Assembly: GCA_049290875.1 (NCBI GenBank)
Contig: JBATOI010000013.1
Coordinates: 47,159 to 111,158 of the forward strand
From: Thiolinea sp.
GTDB taxonomy: Bacteria; Pseudomonadota; Gammaproteobacteria; Thiotrichales; Thiotrichaceae
Reading direction: 5' to 3'
Length of the DNA: 64,000 nt
The first letter of the stretch is position 1, and each line of letters begins with the position of its first letter. Positions 1 to 11,051 of this stretch are shown one piece after another. Position numbers and translations under genes: made by a program. Under the pieces are notes generated by a model that worked only from the letters and a program-made list of their open reading frames with translations, did no database searches and was not told where the DNA came from.

Positions 1-2588
1 TCGGCTGGAAAGAGTATGAGATGGAAGTGGTGCGTGATCATAAAGACAATTGCATCATCGTCTGCTCCATCGAAAACTTCGATCCGATGGGTGTGCATAC
101 TGGCGACTCAATCACCGTAGCACCTGCACAAACTCTCACAGATAAAGAATACCAACTGCTACGGAATGCATCTTTAGCGGTGTTACGGAAAATTGGGGTA
201 GATACCGGCGGTTCGAATGTACAGTTTGCGATTAATCCAAAAGATGGTCGGATTATTGTCATTGAGATGAATCCACGGGTTTCGCGCTCTTCGGCGTTAG
301 CCTCAAAAGCGACCGGCTTCCCGATTGCGAAAGTCGCGGCGAAGCTCGCGATTGGCTACACCTTAGACGAGTTACGTAATGATATTACCGGTGGCGCTAC
401 GCCTGCTTCTTTCGAGCCAAGCATTGATTATGTAGTCACCAAAATTCCCCGTTTCACCTTTGAAAAATTTCCGCAAGCGGATGCACGTTTAACCACGCAG
501 ATGAAGTCAGTCGGTGAGGTGATGGCGATTGGGCGTACTTTCCAAGAGTCCTTACAAAAAGCCTTGCGTGGTCTGGAAACAGGCATTGATGGCTTAGATG
601 AGCGCTTGAATCGTGACCATCCCGAAGCACGTGATACGTTGCGTCGCGAGCTTACCGAGCCACATGCAGAACGTATTCTCTATGTAGCCGATGCCTTCCG
701 TTATGGGATGAGCGTTGAGGAAGTGCATGCACAAACCAGTATTGATCCTTGGTTCTTAGTGCAGATGCAAGAACTGATCGAGATTGAGAAGAGCCTAGAT
801 GGCCGTCTGCTCAATCAAGTCAATGCTGATGAAATGCGCATGCTCAAGCGCAAAGGTTTCTCGGATCGGCGCTTAGCTAAACTGTTACATAGCACCGAGC
901 GCAGTGTGCGCAATGTGCGCCGGAATATGAATGTGCGCCCAGTGTATAAGCGGGTCGATACTTGCGCGGCGGAGTTTGCCACCAATACCGCTTATATGTA
1001 TTCCACTTACGAAGAAGAGTGCGAATCGAAGCCGACTGATCGTAAGAAGATTATGGTCTTGGGTGGCGGCCCGAATCGTATCGGCCAAGGGATCGAGTTT
1101 GACTATTGCTGCGTACATGCGGCTTTAGCACTGCGCGAAGATGGTTATGAAACCATCATGGTGAACTGTAATCCTGAAACGGTTTCAACCGATTATGATA
1201 CTTCAGATCGCTTGTACTTCGAGCCATTAACGCTTGAAGATGTGATGGAGATTGTTGATCTTGAAAAGCCGTTAGGTGTGATCGTGCAATACGGTGGGCA
1301 AACGCCACTGAAACTGGCACGTGATCTTGAGAATTTGGGTGCACCAATTATTGGTACTTCGCCAGACTCCATTGACCTTGCAGAAGACCGCGAACGCTTC
1401 CAACAATTGATTCATCGTTTAGGTTTGCGTCAGCCACCGAATCGTACTGCACGCAGTATGGAAGAAGCAGTGCGTCTAGCCTTGGAAGTGGGCTACCCAC
1501 TCGTGGTGCGTCCCTCTTATGTACTCGGTGGACGGGCGATGGAAATCGTATACAACGAAAATGAATTGCGCCGCTATATGAATACGGCGGTGTCTGTCTC
1601 GAATGATTCACCCGTATTGCTGGATCGCTTTTTAGACGATGCGATTGAAGTGGACGTGGATGCAATTTGTGACGGTCAGGATGTCTTGATCGGTGGCATC
1701 ATGCAGCATATTGAACAAGCAGGGATTCATTCGGGTGATTCAGCTTGTTCCTTACCACCTTATTCTTTAGACCCTGCTATTCAAGATGAGCTACGTGCAC
1801 AAACAGCACGCATGGCCAAAGCGTTGAATGTCATCGGCCTAATGAATACGCAGTTTGCGATCAAGAATAATGAAGTCTATGTGCTGGAAGTAAATCCACG
1901 TGCTTCCCGGACGGTACCTTATGTGTCCAAAGCGATTGGCCGTCCGCTGGCGAAGATTGCGGCACGTTGTATGGCCGGGCAAAGTTTAGTTGCGCAAAAT
2001 GCCACCGAAGAAGTGATTCCAGACTATTATTCAGTGAAGGAAGCTGTTTTCCCCTTCATTAAGTTCCCTGGTGTTGACCCGATCTTAAGTCCTGAGATGA
2101 AGTCGACAGGCGAGGTGATGGGGGTAGGGAAGACCTTCGCGGAGGCTTTTGGTAAGTCTCAGCACGCAGCGGGAGCAAGCTTCCCGACTTCAGGCGTGGT
2201 ATTTATTAGCGTGCGTGAAGCTGATCGTCGCCATCTAGCTAATTTAGGTAGCATGCTAGTGAAGCAAAATTTCCGCATTATCGCTACCCGTGGAACTGCC
2301 CGTGAATTGCAGAATGCGGGCATTGCTTGTGAAGTAGTCAATAAAATGCATGAGGGGCGTCCAAATATTGTGGATATGATCAAAAATGATGAAGTTAATT
2401 TGATCATCAACACTACAGAGGGCGAACAGTCAACTCGCGATTCCTTTGAGATTCGCCGTGAAGCCTTGCAGCATAAATTAAGTTATACCACTACCATTGA
2501 GGGGGCACGAGCCCTGTGTATGGCAATGGGATACACCGCTGATGAGCAGGTGTATCGCCTGCAAGATTTGCATCAGGGAATCATGTAA
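1..2588 (+). CDS. carB: carbamoyl-phosphate synthase large subunit, 5'-truncated by window edge (frame opens at base 3)
   Basis: Frame is open from base 3 ([12 protein letters not shown]...). Second ATP-grasp half, oligomerisation region and MGS-like C-terminal domain are recognisable across the 855-aa track ORF. Stop at 2586-2588. Confidence 0.97.
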   Translation, partial: GWKEYEMEVVRDHKDNCIIVCSIENFDPMGVHTGDSITVAPAQTLTDKEYQLLRNASLAVLRKIGVDTGGSNVQFAINPKDGRIIVIEMNPRVSRSSALASKATGFPIAKVAAKLAIGYTLDELRNDITGGATPASFEPSIDYVVTKIPRFTFEKFPQADARLTTQMKSVGEVMAIGRTFQESLQKALRGLETGIDGLDERLNRDHPEARDTLRRELTEPHAERILYVADAFRYGMSVEEVHAQTSIDPWFLVQMQELIEIEKSLDGRLLNQVNADEMRMLKRKGFSDRRLAKLLHSTERSVRNVRRNMNVRPVYKRVDTCAAEFATNTAYMYSTYEEECESKPTDRKKIMVLGGGPNRIGQGIEFDYCCVHAALALREDGYETIMVNCNPETVSTDYDTSDRLYFEPLTLEDVMEIVDLEKPLGVIVQYGGQTPLKLARDLENLGAPIIGTSPDSIDLAEDRERFQQLIHRLGLRQPPNRTARSMEEAVRLALEVGYPLVVRPSYVLGGRAMEIVYNENELRRYMNTAVSVSNDSPVLLDRFLDDAIEVDVDAICDGQDVLIGGIMQHIEQAGIHSGDSACSLPPYSLDPAIQDELRAQTARMAKALNVIGLMNTQFAIKNNEVYVLEVNPRASRTVPYVSKAIGRPLAKIAARCMAGQSLVAQNATEEVIPDYYSVKEAVFPFIKFPGVDPILSPEMKSTGEVMGVGKTFAEAFGKSQHAAGASFPTSGVVFISVREADRRHLANLGSMLVKQNFRIIATRGTARELQNAGIACEVVNKMHEGRPNIVDMIKNDEVNLIINTTEGEQSTRDSFEIRREALQHKLSYTTTIEGARALCMAMGYTADEQVYRLQDLHQGIM

Positions 2589-2607
2589 AAAAAGAGGGAG
2601 AATAAGA

Positions 2608-3090
2608 ATGAGTAGACCACCGTTAACAGCGACGGGTGCTGAGCGTTTAAAAACTGAATTGAATCGTTTAAAAACAGTAGAGCGCCCCCGGATTGTGCAG
2701 GCGATTGCCGAAGCACGTGAGCATGGCGATTTAAAAGAAAATGCTGAGTATCATGCTGCACGTGAGCAGCAAGGCTTTTGTGAAGGCCGGATTCAGGAGT
2801 TAGAGTCGGTATTATCTAATGCGCAAGTGATTGATATCGCTACAGTAGGCGCAGCTAACCCAGGGAAAGTAGTGTTTGGCGCTACCGTCGAACTAGAAGA
2901 GCTCAAGTCAAGAGACACGATTACTTATCAAATTGTGGGCGATGCAGAAGCTGATTTGAAGCTAGGTATGATCGCTGTTTCTTCACCGGTTGCGCGTGCC
3001 TTGATTGGTAAGGAAGAGGGCGATGTAGCGGTAGTACAAGCGCCTGGTGGCGTGCGTGAATATGAGATTCTTGAGGTTCGCTACGCATAG
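2608..3090 (+). CDS. greA: transcription elongation factor GreA
   Basis: [22 protein letters not shown]... is a typical GreA coiled-coil N-terminus plus C-terminal FKBP-like domain. ATG at 2608 is preceded by GAGGGAG. The longer track ORF from 2497 overlaps the carB 3' end. Confidence 0.95.
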   Translation: MSRPPLTATGAERLKTELNRLKTVERPRIVQAIAEAREHGDLKENAEYHAAREQQGFCEGRIQELESVLSNAQVIDIATVGAANPGKVVFGATVELEELKSRDTITYQIVGDAEADLKLGMIAVSSPVARALIGKEEGDVAVVQAPGGVREYEILEVRYA

Positions 3091-3698
3091 TGAGCATCCC
3101 CATTACCTTAATTGACTTGCTTCCTAGTGCAACTGTGGAAGCAGGTGAAGTATTTTGCGGTTCTTTACCTTCGACTTTGAGTGTCGAAGGTTTAAAAGCG
3201 CTCAAGAAAACTGTAAGACGCCGCCAAGGCTGGCAAGCAGTACTGAGTTCTGAGCACAGCTCCTGCTTACCGTTTGCACAGTGGTTATCTGAAAAAAATC
3301 AGATGCCCTTACGTGCTTACTCGGAACTGGCGGAAATGAATTTTGGAGAGTGGGAAGGGCAAACTCCAGCGCATATTATGGAGCAAAACCCCACCACTTT
3401 AGCGCGCTGGTGGCGTAACCCAGCTTGTGTGACGCCGCCAGAAGGCGAATCCTTTAATAAGTTTCAAGCGCGTATTTTACCAGTTTGGGAGCGCATTATT
3501 GCTGAAAATAAGGGTAAGCGAGTTGTCTTAGTAGCTCAGCCAGGAGTAATTCGTCTGATTATTATGCATGTGTTAGGCATGCCTAGTCGCAATTTTTTCT
3601 CATTGGCGATTGAATCAGGCGATCTAGCGGGTATTCGTGTGATGCATGATGAAGCTGGAGATTGGGCTAGTTTAGTAGCCTATGGTTGTAATTCTTAA
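3090..3698 (+). CDS. histidine-phosphatase-fold protein (CobC/PGAM-like) with degenerate catalytic motifs
   Basis: FGEWEG and ...VLVAQPGVIRLI... align to the histidine phosphatase superfamily. The N-terminal RHG motif reads LIDLLP and the second catalytic His reads Q. GTG start overlaps the greA stop. Confidence 0.6.
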   Translation: MSIPITLIDLLPSATVEAGEVFCGSLPSTLSVEGLKALKKTVRRRQGWQAVLSSEHSSCLPFAQWLSEKNQMPLRAYSELAEMNFGEWEGQTPAHIMEQNPTTLARWWRNPACVTPPEGESFNKFQARILPVWERIIAENKGKRVVLVAQPGVIRLIIMHVLGMPSRNFFSLAIESGDLAGIRVMHDEAGDWASLVAYGCNS

Positions 3699-3727
3699 TA
3701 GCGGCTACTGATACTCACATTAACTTG

Positions 3728-4048
3728 TTAATCAATTGAGTTTTTAGTGATTTGCTTAGAGTAAGCAGCTCGTTGCTTATGCTTAGCGCCTGTCTGATTA
3801 TCCCACCAACGTTGTGCTATGCTCTGTACTTTAATGAAGTCTGGGCTATTTAATACTCGCTCGTAAACGCTAGATTCGCTAATAATTCTACTAAATTGTA
3901 GAAAGGTGGAAGGTGGGTTTTGGGCAAGGGTCACATGAGTACGATCAGGCAGTAGTTTGTTAGGTTGGCTAGGCGCTGCGAAACTTTGTACAGGCAAAAT
4001 TAAAAGTAACAGCGCACAAAAGCCCCACATAAAAGATTTGGGGTACAT
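3728..4048 (-). CDS. small secreted hypothetical protein
   Basis: 106-aa ORF with a clear N-terminal signal peptide (FCALLLLILPVQSFAAP). No recognisable family. Confidence 0.4.
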   Translation of the reverse strand: MYPKSFMWGFCALLLLILPVQSFAAPSQPNKLLPDRTHVTLAQNPPSTFLQFSRIISESSVYERVLNSPDFIKVQSIAQRWWDNQTGAKHKQRAAYSKQITKNSID

Positions 4049-4208
4049 AGAATATTCTCCAACACAATCGACGTTTTATTTTTCAACTCACAGTATAAAA
4101 AAATACACGCAGCATTGAAGCCTTTGACCATTAAACGATCAAACTCCCCGACAAGTGGGCAGTTTACCTTATAATTCGTCTTGCATTCTATAAGTAAATC
4201 AGATAGCT

Positions 4209-4823
4209 ATGAGTTCTTTCTTAATACCCGCGACTAGTGTGCGTTATGAGCAGACTATAAAAAATAGCCAATTTATAAGCTTCATAGCCCATGCTCATCA
4301 CCCGCAAGCTGCGCACGATTTCATTGATAAGATTAGGGCAGATTATCCTGATGCGCGTCATATTTGTTGGGCTTTTGTGGCTGGCAAACCTAAACAAACG
4401 ACGCTGGTAAGCTGTAGCGACGATGGGGAGCCAGCAGGTACAGCAGGCAAGCCGATGCTAAATGTGTTATTACATAGTGATATTGGTGAGGTAGTGGCTG
4501 TCGTAGTGCGCTATTTTGGAGGAATTAAATTAGGCACTGGTGGTTTAGTACGGGCTTATTCTAGTTCAATAACAGCGGCACTGAAGCAAACCCCAACTTG
4601 CCTAAAAGTAGCTATGCACGCTTTTAAGTTAACCGCTGCTTATGCCTTAGAAGACTCAATTCGGCGTAGTTTAGCAGAGTGGCAATGCCAGATTACTGGC
4701 CTTGAATACTCTACTGAACTGCAAATTAATGGATTATGCCCAATAACTGTGCAAAGCCAGCTCCAGCAAGCTTTAGCCGATTTAGGCCGTGGGCAAATTT
4801 CAGTGGAATTTTTGCCCGAATAG
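4209..4823 (+). CDS. yigZ: YigZ / IMPACT-family (UPF0029) protein
   Basis: Conserved DDGEPAGTAGKPML and RYFGGIKLGTGGLVRAY motifs of the IMPACT/YigZ family. Confidence 0.85.
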   Translation: MSSFLIPATSVRYEQTIKNSQFISFIAHAHHPQAAHDFIDKIRADYPDARHICWAFVAGKPKQTTLVSCSDDGEPAGTAGKPMLNVLLHSDIGEVVAVVVRYFGGIKLGTGGLVRAYSSSITAALKQTPTCLKVAMHAFKLTAAYALEDSIRRSLAEWQCQITGLEYSTELQINGLCPITVQSQLQQALADLGRGQISVEFLPE

Positions 4824-4944
4824 GCTAAAAAATAAACATTTCTTTACTGAATTATTACAATTCTTGCCACTTTATATTATGATCTCACCGCTCGCGAGGG
4901 AAACCACTTGTCTTAACTGAGGAAGACGAGGCGGGCACATTCAT

Positions 4945-4990
4945 CTCCCGGAGATAATTTATAGCCCATTCTTCTCCGGGAGCTTTTTCT
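4945..4990 (+). terminator. rho-independent terminator-like hairpin
   Basis: 10-bp stem CTCCCGGAGA (4945-4954) / TCTCCGGGAG (4973-4982) followed by CTTTTTCT. Lies between convergent yigZ and fbpC. The loop is long (18 nt). Confidence 0.55.
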
Positions 4991-4994
4991 AAAT

Positions 4995-6041
4995 TTAATT
5001 CACGTCTCGATTGACCACTGCATAAACTCTTTCCGCCAAACTAACTGCAACTTTCTCAGCTACCGCATAAATTTGTTCACTTGAACATAAAGCTAATAGT
5101 TGTTCTTGGTTAGCCAATTCCACAGTATATAAATACTCATTGCCGCGAAAAATTTTACTAGTGATCAAGGCTGATGCATTAGCTTTCCTGCTAAGTTGAA
5201 CATGCTCAGGGCGAATGAGTACGACTACTTTGTCAGCGTGTAAGGTTGCCGGTGTTGCATAGCCTAACAGCCCTAAATACGTTTCTACCTTTGTAGCATC
5301 AACGACTCGCCCTGTGATTAAGCTGCCTTGACCAATAAATGAAGCAACAAAAGCATTTTGCGGCTGGTAATACAACTCATAGGCGCTCCCCCATTGCTGC
5401 AAGCGGCCTGCTTGCAATACGCCAATTTCATCCGCCATGGCAAAGGCTTCATGTTGATCATGCGTGACTAATAAAGCAGTAATGCCTTCTTGTTTAAGAA
5501 TTTCGCGTACTTCACGTGCTAAGGATTCACGTAATTCAGTATCTTGGCTGCCAAATGGCTCATCGAGTAACAGTAGGGCAGGTTTGGGGGCAAGGGCACG
5601 TGCTAAAGCGATACGCTGTTGCTGGCCACCTGAAAGCTCATGGGGATAGCGCTGCTCATAGCCTGGCAAGCTGACGAGTTCCAATAATTCTTTAACGCGC
5701 TGCTGCTGAGCTTTACTTGGCTGCTTACGAATTCCAAAGCGAATATTGTTCGCAATGCTTAAATGTGGAAAGAGTGCATAGTCTTGAAACACCATGCCGA
5801 TATTGCGCTGTTCAGTGGCTAGGGTGCTGTGTGGGGTACTAATCACTTGGCCATTCAAGTTAATACTGCCTTGGCTTAAGCGTTCAAAGCCTGCAATTGC
5901 GCGCAGTAAAGTAGTTTTACCGCAGCCGCTCGGACCTAGTAAGCAAGCAATTTGCCCTTGTTCAACAGTGATATCGACAGCGTGTACCGCTGTGGTGTTG
6001 CCGTAGCAGATTTCAACTTGACTCAAAATCAGCTGACTCAT
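4995..6041 (-). CDS. fbpC: Fe3+ ABC transporter ATP-binding protein
   Basis: Walker A GPSGCGKTT, signature LSGGQQQR and a C-terminal TOBE-like domain. ATGA-type overlap with the upstream permease. Confidence 0.9.
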   Translation of the reverse strand: MSQLILSQVEICYGNTTAVHAVDITVEQGQIACLLGPSGCGKTTLLRAIAGFERLSQGSINLNGQVISTPHSTLATEQRNIGMVFQDYALFPHLSIANNIRFGIRKQPSKAQQQRVKELLELVSLPGYEQRYPHELSGGQQQRIALARALAPKPALLLLDEPFGSQDTELRESLAREVREILKQEGITALLVTHDQHEAFAMADEIGVLQAGRLQQWGSAYELYYQPQNAFVASFIGQGSLITGRVVDATKVETYLGLLGYATPATLHADKVVVLIRPEHVQLSRKANASALITSKIFRGNEYLYTVELANQEQLLALCSSEQIYAVAEKVAVSLAERVYAVVNRDVN

Positions 6042-7678
6042 AAAGACCCTCCCGCGCGTGAACGTGAAATCGAGCGGCTCAACAAAATCACTGGAATAAT
6101 CCCGGTTGCCACAATCATTAAGGCAGGTAGGCCAGCCTCGGCTAAGCGCTCATCGGAGGCCAATTCATAAGTACGCACAGCCAGCGTATTAAAATTGAAA
6201 GGCCGCAAGATTAAAGTAGCCGGTAGCTCTTTTAGCACATCCACGAAAACTAATAAGATCGCGGTCAATAAAGAGCCTTTCATCAAGGGCATATGCAGTT
6301 TCCACAGCACAGCACTTGGGCTTAAACCTAAGGAGCGTCCAGCATTATCAAGCGTTGGTTTGATTTTGCCTAAGCCAGCTTCCACTGTTTGTAAGGAAAC
6401 GGCTAGAAAGCGCACATTGTAAGCGAACAGCAGAATAAATAAGCTACCGCTGAATAGCAGGCCTAGTTTGCTATTAAACAAGGACTGGCTCCAATGATTA
6501 AGCTGAGTATCTAGCCAAGCGAAAGGAATCAATACACCAATCGCAATCACTGTCCCCGGAATGGCGTAGCCCATACTGGCTAAGCGTGCGGCGAGGCTGA
6601 CTAAGGGGCTGGGGCTTAACCGCTTCCCGTAGCCCAAAATGAGCGCGAGGATTAAGGCAAATACCGCTGCAGCCATCGCTAAACCTAAACTATGCTGGAT
6701 CAAGGTTAAAAAACTGCTGTCGATTTGGGTTTGCCAATTGGTGAGGCTCCAACTGGTTAGTTGCGTAACCGGGACAATAAAGCCTAATAACAAAGTTAAG
6801 CTACAAAAAAAGACTGCCCCTCCAGCTTGCCACGCTTTTAAGGGGATGCGCTTAATCTGCGCATATTTGCTAGAGCTATGATAATAGCGTGCCCGCCGCC
6901 GTGAGGCTTGCTCAAGCAATAAAAGAATAAAGACAAAACTCATTAAAAGAGCAGCTAATTGCGAGGCCGCTGCATGATCGCCTAAGCCATACCAAGTACG
7001 GAAAATGCCTGTCGTAAAGGTAGTCACCCCAAAATATTGCACTGTCCCGAAATCAGCCAAAGTTTCCATTAAAGCTAAGGACAGGCCAGTGATAATCGCA
7101 GGACGGGCTAAGGGTAGTGCTACCCGAAAGAAACTTTGCCACTGATTGCAGCCCAAAGTACGGCTGACTTCTAAGACACAAATGGATTGCTCTAAAAAAG
7201 CTGCACGAGCGAGCAAGTAGACATAAGGAAATAATACCAGCGCAAGCATCAAGATAGCGCCAGTGAGCGAGCGGATATTTGGAAACCAATAATCGCCATA
7301 ACCCCAGCCCGTTAGCTCGCGTAAGCTGGTTTGTACGGGGCCTGCAAAATCCAACATTCCTGTATATGTGTAAGCAATGATGTAAGCAGGCATGGCTAAA
7401 GGCAGTAAGAGCAACCATTCAAACCAAGCACGCCCCGGAAATTCACACATGCTACACAGCCAAGCAAGAGGAACACCCAGCAGTAATACGCCGATGCCTA
7501 CACCAAGGCTCAGATAAAGTGTATTAAGTAGATAATCACTTAAGACCGTGGCAGCTAAATGCTGCCAAACTTCAGCTGAGGGTACAAAGACATAAGCAAA
7601 GACTGCCAAAATAGGTAAAGCAGTCAATAGCGCCATGCACAGAAGCAGGGCGCGCCACACGAAGTTTTTTATTTCCAA
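6038..7678 (-). CDS. fbpB: Fe3+ ABC transporter permease (double-domain)
   Basis: 546-aa polytopic membrane protein with duplicated binding-protein-dependent permease domains. Overlaps both neighbours. Confidence 0.9.
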   Translation of the reverse strand: MEIKNFVWRALLLCMALLTALPILAVFAYVFVPSAEVWQHLAATVLSDYLLNTLYLSLGVGIGVLLLGVPLAWLCSMCEFPGRAWFEWLLLLPLAMPAYIIAYTYTGMLDFAGPVQTSLRELTGWGYGDYWFPNIRSLTGAILMLALVLFPYVYLLARAAFLEQSICVLEVSRTLGCNQWQSFFRVALPLARPAIITGLSLALMETLADFGTVQYFGVTTFTTGIFRTWYGLGDHAAASQLAALLMSFVFILLLLEQASRRRARYYHSSSKYAQIKRIPLKAWQAGGAVFFCSLTLLLGFIVPVTQLTSWSLTNWQTQIDSSFLTLIQHSLGLAMAAAVFALILALILGYGKRLSPSPLVSLAARLASMGYAIPGTVIAIGVLIPFAWLDTQLNHWSQSLFNSKLGLLFSGSLFILLFAYNVRFLAVSLQTVEAGLGKIKPTLDNAGRSLGLSPSAVLWKLHMPLMKGSLLTAILLVFVDVLKELPATLILRPFNFNTLAVRTYELASDERLAEAGLPALMIVATGIIPVILLSRSISRSRAGGSL

Positions 7679-8700
7679 CCCACAGTGTCCATGATTTTAA
7701 CAGCCTCCGCATTATGCTTACCTAATTCAGATAAGTTAATGCTATCCGCTTTAAAATCACCCCAGCCTTTCAATAAACTGCTCGCAGGGACGGCAGTTTT
7801 CACTGGATACTCTTGATTATGCTCAGCATACCAAGCTTGCGCTTCGTCAGTGACCAAATATTCTAACAGTTTAACTGCATTCTCTTTGTTTTTAGCGGCC
7901 TTGGTTACGGTAGCTCCACTCACGTTGATATGCGTGCCGCGACCCTGATCACCTTGATCGGGCCAGAAAATCGCGACTTTTTCGGCAGCAGCCTTATCTT
8001 CCGCCGCTTCCCCTGCCAGCATTTGCCCATAGTAATAAGTATTAGAAATCGCCAGATCACACAGGCCAGCGGCGGCCGCTTTGAGTTGATCACGATCACC
8101 ACCTTCGGGTGGACGCGCGAAGTTTTGCACCAAGCCTTCTGCCCATTTAGTCGCGGCTTCAGCACCTTGGCTGGCAATCATCGAAGCTAACATGGATTGG
8201 TTATAAATATTGTCTGAGCTACGTACACAGATTTTGCCTTTCCATTTCGGGTCAGCTAAATCAGCATAAGTTGATAAGTCTTCGGGCTTAATTTTTTCTT
8301 TTACATAGAAAATCGGGCGCGCGCGATAGGTTAAACCAAACCACTGATTTTCAGGGTCACGTAGATTTTCTGGAATTGCCGTTGTTAAAATTTCAGATTC
8401 AACCGCTTGGCTTAAGCCTAAGTCTTTAGCGCGCGATAAACGCCCCGCATCAGCAGTCATGAGGATATCAGCAGGGCTATTTTCGCCTTCTAATTTCAAG
8501 CGTTCAATCAGCGCATCATCTTTACCTGAGACCAGATTAACTTTAATGCCAGAAGCCGCTGTGAATTTGTCCAAAATTGGTTTGATTAATTGTTCTTGGC
8601 GTGAGGAATAAACATTGACTTCGCCCTCAGCAAACGCGGCTAAGGGTGCAGAGAGTAGGGCTAGAGTGAGCGCAAGTTTCTTAAGCATAAAAAAATCCAT
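7669..8700 (-). CDS. fbpA: Fe3+ ABC transporter periplasmic substrate-binding protein
   Basis: Signal peptide MLKKLALTLALLSAPLAAFA followed by an FbpA/AfuA-like sequence (EVNVYSSRQEQLI...). The start could be the second Met at 8688. Confidence 0.9.
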   Translation of the reverse strand: MDFFMLKKLALTLALLSAPLAAFAEGEVNVYSSRQEQLIKPILDKFTAASGIKVNLVSGKDDALIERLKLEGENSPADILMTADAGRLSRAKDLGLSQAVESEILTTAIPENLRDPENQWFGLTYRARPIFYVKEKIKPEDLSTYADLADPKWKGKICVRSSDNIYNQSMLASMIASQGAEAATKWAEGLVQNFARPPEGGDRDQLKAAAAGLCDLAISNTYYYGQMLAGEAAEDKAAAEKVAIFWPDQGDQGRGTHINVSGATVTKAAKNKENAVKLLEYLVTDEAQAWYAEHNQEYPVKTAVPASSLLKGWGDFKADSINLSELGKHNAEAVKIMDTVGWK

Positions 8701-8742
8701 GGGTAAGGGGTGATAAGATTAATATAAAGTTAGTGTATTTTA

Positions 8743-8761
8743 AATGCAAATAGTTCTCATT
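8743..8761. promoter_or_regulatory. candidate Fur box upstream of fbpA
   Basis: AATGCAAATAGTTCTCATT. Its reverse complement AATGAGAACTATTTGC matches about 11/16 positions of the AATGATAATCATTATC core. The same GCAARTARTTCTCATT motif recurs at 14265-14280. Confidence 0.45.
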
Positions 8762-8773
8762 AAAAATAAATAA

Positions 8774-9901
8774 CTAACTAAGAAGCATTAAGTGGTTGTC
8801 CCAAGCGAGTTCAGCGAAATTATTTAAAGCGCGCAGCGGGTTCTGGGTGTCAGTAAGCTTGAGTTGGTACAAACCACCTTGGCTGTTGGACACTAGGAAG
8901 CTGTCTTTTTCAATGCCCAAGCTCACACCACTGGCCTCAGCTAAAGGTAGCGCTTGTACAAAGCTTTCCGTGTCCGTACTCCAGATAGAAACACAATGCC
9001 CTCGAGGGGTAGCGCTCACCAACAGCTGCTGTTTAGGGTCATAGACAATATCAGCCAAATAGCCATGCAGCTGTGTAACTTCGCTAGGCGAAATCTTCAG
9101 AAGCTGAAGCTCAGCCCCCGCAGCTTGCCAAGCCACTAGAGAGCTAGGCTGATTTCTATACAGATCACCTTCATACTGGAGAGCGATTGCGACGTCGCCT
9201 TGAGCACTCACGGTTAAATGTCGAATACCCAACAGGTGATCAGGTAAGCGATACTCAGCTAGTTTTTTACCATTGGTAATATCCAAATAAACTAGGGAAG
9301 GTTGGATACTATCCACATTGAGCTTGCGCCGACCAAAGTCAGGATGAGTTTCAATGCCACCATTGGCAACCACTAAAGTCTGCCCATCGGGCAGCAGTTG
9401 TAAATCATGGGGATCGAGGCCGTAGCTTGCATATTCACCGATTTGTTTAAGCGTGCTGAGATCACGAATCCCAATAACCCCCCGCTTTTTTTCGTAGTCA
9501 GTTTCAGTAGTCAGCAGAGCTTTTTGATCAGGAGATAAGCAACCATGCCCATTAAAATGGCGATTCGTATTTGCTTTAAAGCTTTCAACCGAGTAATTTT
9601 TAAAATCAACTCGCGCACATTCAAAAGCAGGTCTACGTCCAAATAGCAGTGCCCACTCTTCATTGATAGCTAAAGCGGCATGCCCACGCATCGGCACTTT
9701 CTGCTGCTGTAATTGTCCTGCAGTTAAATCGAATTTACTTAGAAAATGCTCACCCGTCGCATTATCACTAGCAGAATAGAGTTGGGGCCTTGCTTTTGGT
9801 TGAGCTTTGTCTAATAGCTGATTGGTGGCCAGCGCGCTACCAAACATGCTAAATGCCGCTAAACCCAAGAATTGCCGCCGCTGCATGTTAGTCTCCATCA
9901 T
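8774..9901 (-). CDS. DUF1513-family periplasmic protein (Tat signal)
   Basis: MQRRQFLGLAAF twin-arginine signal and beta-propeller-like repeats. Typical last gene of the imelysin/DUF1111 iron-regulated cluster. The start may be the Met at 9886. Confidence 0.8.
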   Translation of the reverse strand: MMETNMQRRQFLGLAAFSMFGSALATNQLLDKAQPKARPQLYSASDNATGEHFLSKFDLTAGQLQQQKVPMRGHAALAINEEWALLFGRRPAFECARVDFKNYSVESFKANTNRHFNGHGCLSPDQKALLTTETDYEKKRGVIGIRDLSTLKQIGEYASYGLDPHDLQLLPDGQTLVVANGGIETHPDFGRRKLNVDSIQPSLVYLDITNGKKLAEYRLPDHLLGIRHLTVSAQGDVAIALQYEGDLYRNQPSSLVAWQAAGAELQLLKISPSEVTQLHGYLADIVYDPKQQLLVSATPRGHCVSIWSTDTESFVQALPLAEASGVSLGIEKDSFLVSNSQGGLYQLKLTDTQNPLRALNNFAELAWDNHLMLLS

Positions 9902-11033
9902 TATCGTTAAAGCCTAATTGGGCTTTAGTGATGATGGACAGTTGACGTTTAACGCCCATTTCTAAACCACGACTACGCTCAACTAGTTCATTTAACTCTG
10001 CTGGGTGTTGTTTTTGCTCAACCATAGTGAAGGGATCACCTTCAGGTAATTTCATTGCGGCTAAGTCTTTAAGTTGTTTTTCAAAAGATACCACCACAGT
10101 TTTAGTCGCATCATTAGGGAAGGTTTTATCGATCCATGCTAGAAAGCCACCATCAACAAATACCCGCTGAATACCTTCAACATTCGCTTTAATAATTTTA
10201 AAGGAGTAACCACTACGCCAAGCTTCCAAGTCATAGGGATGGCGCAATTTTTTTTCATCATTAAGGCCAAGAGGAGCCGAAAGTTTTTTGACATTGACCT
10301 TTGCTAAGGTTTGGTAAGACTTGCCAATCAACAAATCAATAGCTTCTTGGTTACTGGCAAAAATCTTGGTCGTATCACTACTCAGCCACGATGTAGTAAC
10401 TTTTTTGATGTTTTGCTCAAGCAAGCTACTCACTGCTTGCACGTAACTGCAGCGGATTTGCCCCTTACTGTCCTGAAAGCTTGCTAATAACTGCTCATTG
10501 GTTTGTGCACGATCAAATAATAAATACTCCAAACTACTCAAGCCCTGTGCACCCACGCCAGCCGCTGTGATTGACTCCGCAGTAATTGGCTTATCGCTGT
10601 CTAATAAGCTTTTAATAATTTGCTTTTTAGGGGGCGTGAAGTTGATATAGAAGTCCATTTGCTCCGCAGTGGCAGGCCCAAAGAGCAAACTATCGGTACG
10701 TTGCCAGGCCAGCATGGTTTGACCCCAAGCATCCTGTAGCGTTTGGAAACCTTCCAGCGAACTATCTTTACAAAAATCATGACTGTTTTGGGTGAGCTGC
10801 TGGCTACGTTGCTCTAACTCGCGGTAAAGCGGCTGAATGCCTGCCGTAATTAATTGATTGATAAACGCATCATCCTTAGCTGCAACAGTTGATGTTGCAG
10901 TGATTGTTGTGCTGCTAGTAGCTGCGCTTAGACTAGTTTGAGGTGTATCAGCTATTGCTACTGATGCATTCAAAAGAAAAACGAGCAAACTAATTTGACC
11001 TAAGCCAATTAGCTGCTGCTGAAGTTTTTGCAT
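9888..11033 (-). CDS. imelysin-family protein (degenerate metal motif)
   Basis: Signal peptide and imelysin-like helical fold sequence. GLSSLEYLLFD replaces the GxHxxExxLW motif of its paralog. Confidence 0.8.
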   Translation of the reverse strand: MQKLQQQLIGLGQISLLVFLLNASVAIADTPQTSLSAATSSTTITATSTVAAKDDAFINQLITAGIQPLYRELEQRSQQLTQNSHDFCKDSSLEGFQTLQDAWGQTMLAWQRTDSLLFGPATAEQMDFYINFTPPKKQIIKSLLDSDKPITAESITAAGVGAQGLSSLEYLLFDRAQTNEQLLASFQDSKGQIRCSYVQAVSSLLEQNIKKVTTSWLSSDTTKIFASNQEAIDLLIGKSYQTLAKVNVKKLSAPLGLNDEKKLRHPYDLEAWRSGYSFKIIKANVEGIQRVFVDGGFLAWIDKTFPNDATKTVVVSFEKQLKDLAAMKLPEGDPFTMVEQKQHPAELNELVERSRGLEMGVKRQLSIITKAQLGFNDNDGD

Positions 11034-11051
11034 GTCTACTTCCTACAAGGC

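Noticed and set aside
2497-2607. N-terminal extension of greA in the track ORF (start 2497)
   Set aside because: The extension overlaps the carB 3' end and encodes Cys/Trp-rich non-GreA sequence. ATG 2608 has an RBS and gives a canonical GreA N-terminus.
4885-4944. Possible sRNA in the yigZ 3' region (helix CCGCTCG / CGAGGCGG preceding the 4945-4990 terminator)
   Set aside because: There is only one imperfect short helix and no promoter with acceptable -35/-10 spacing. It is most simply a yigZ 3' UTR.
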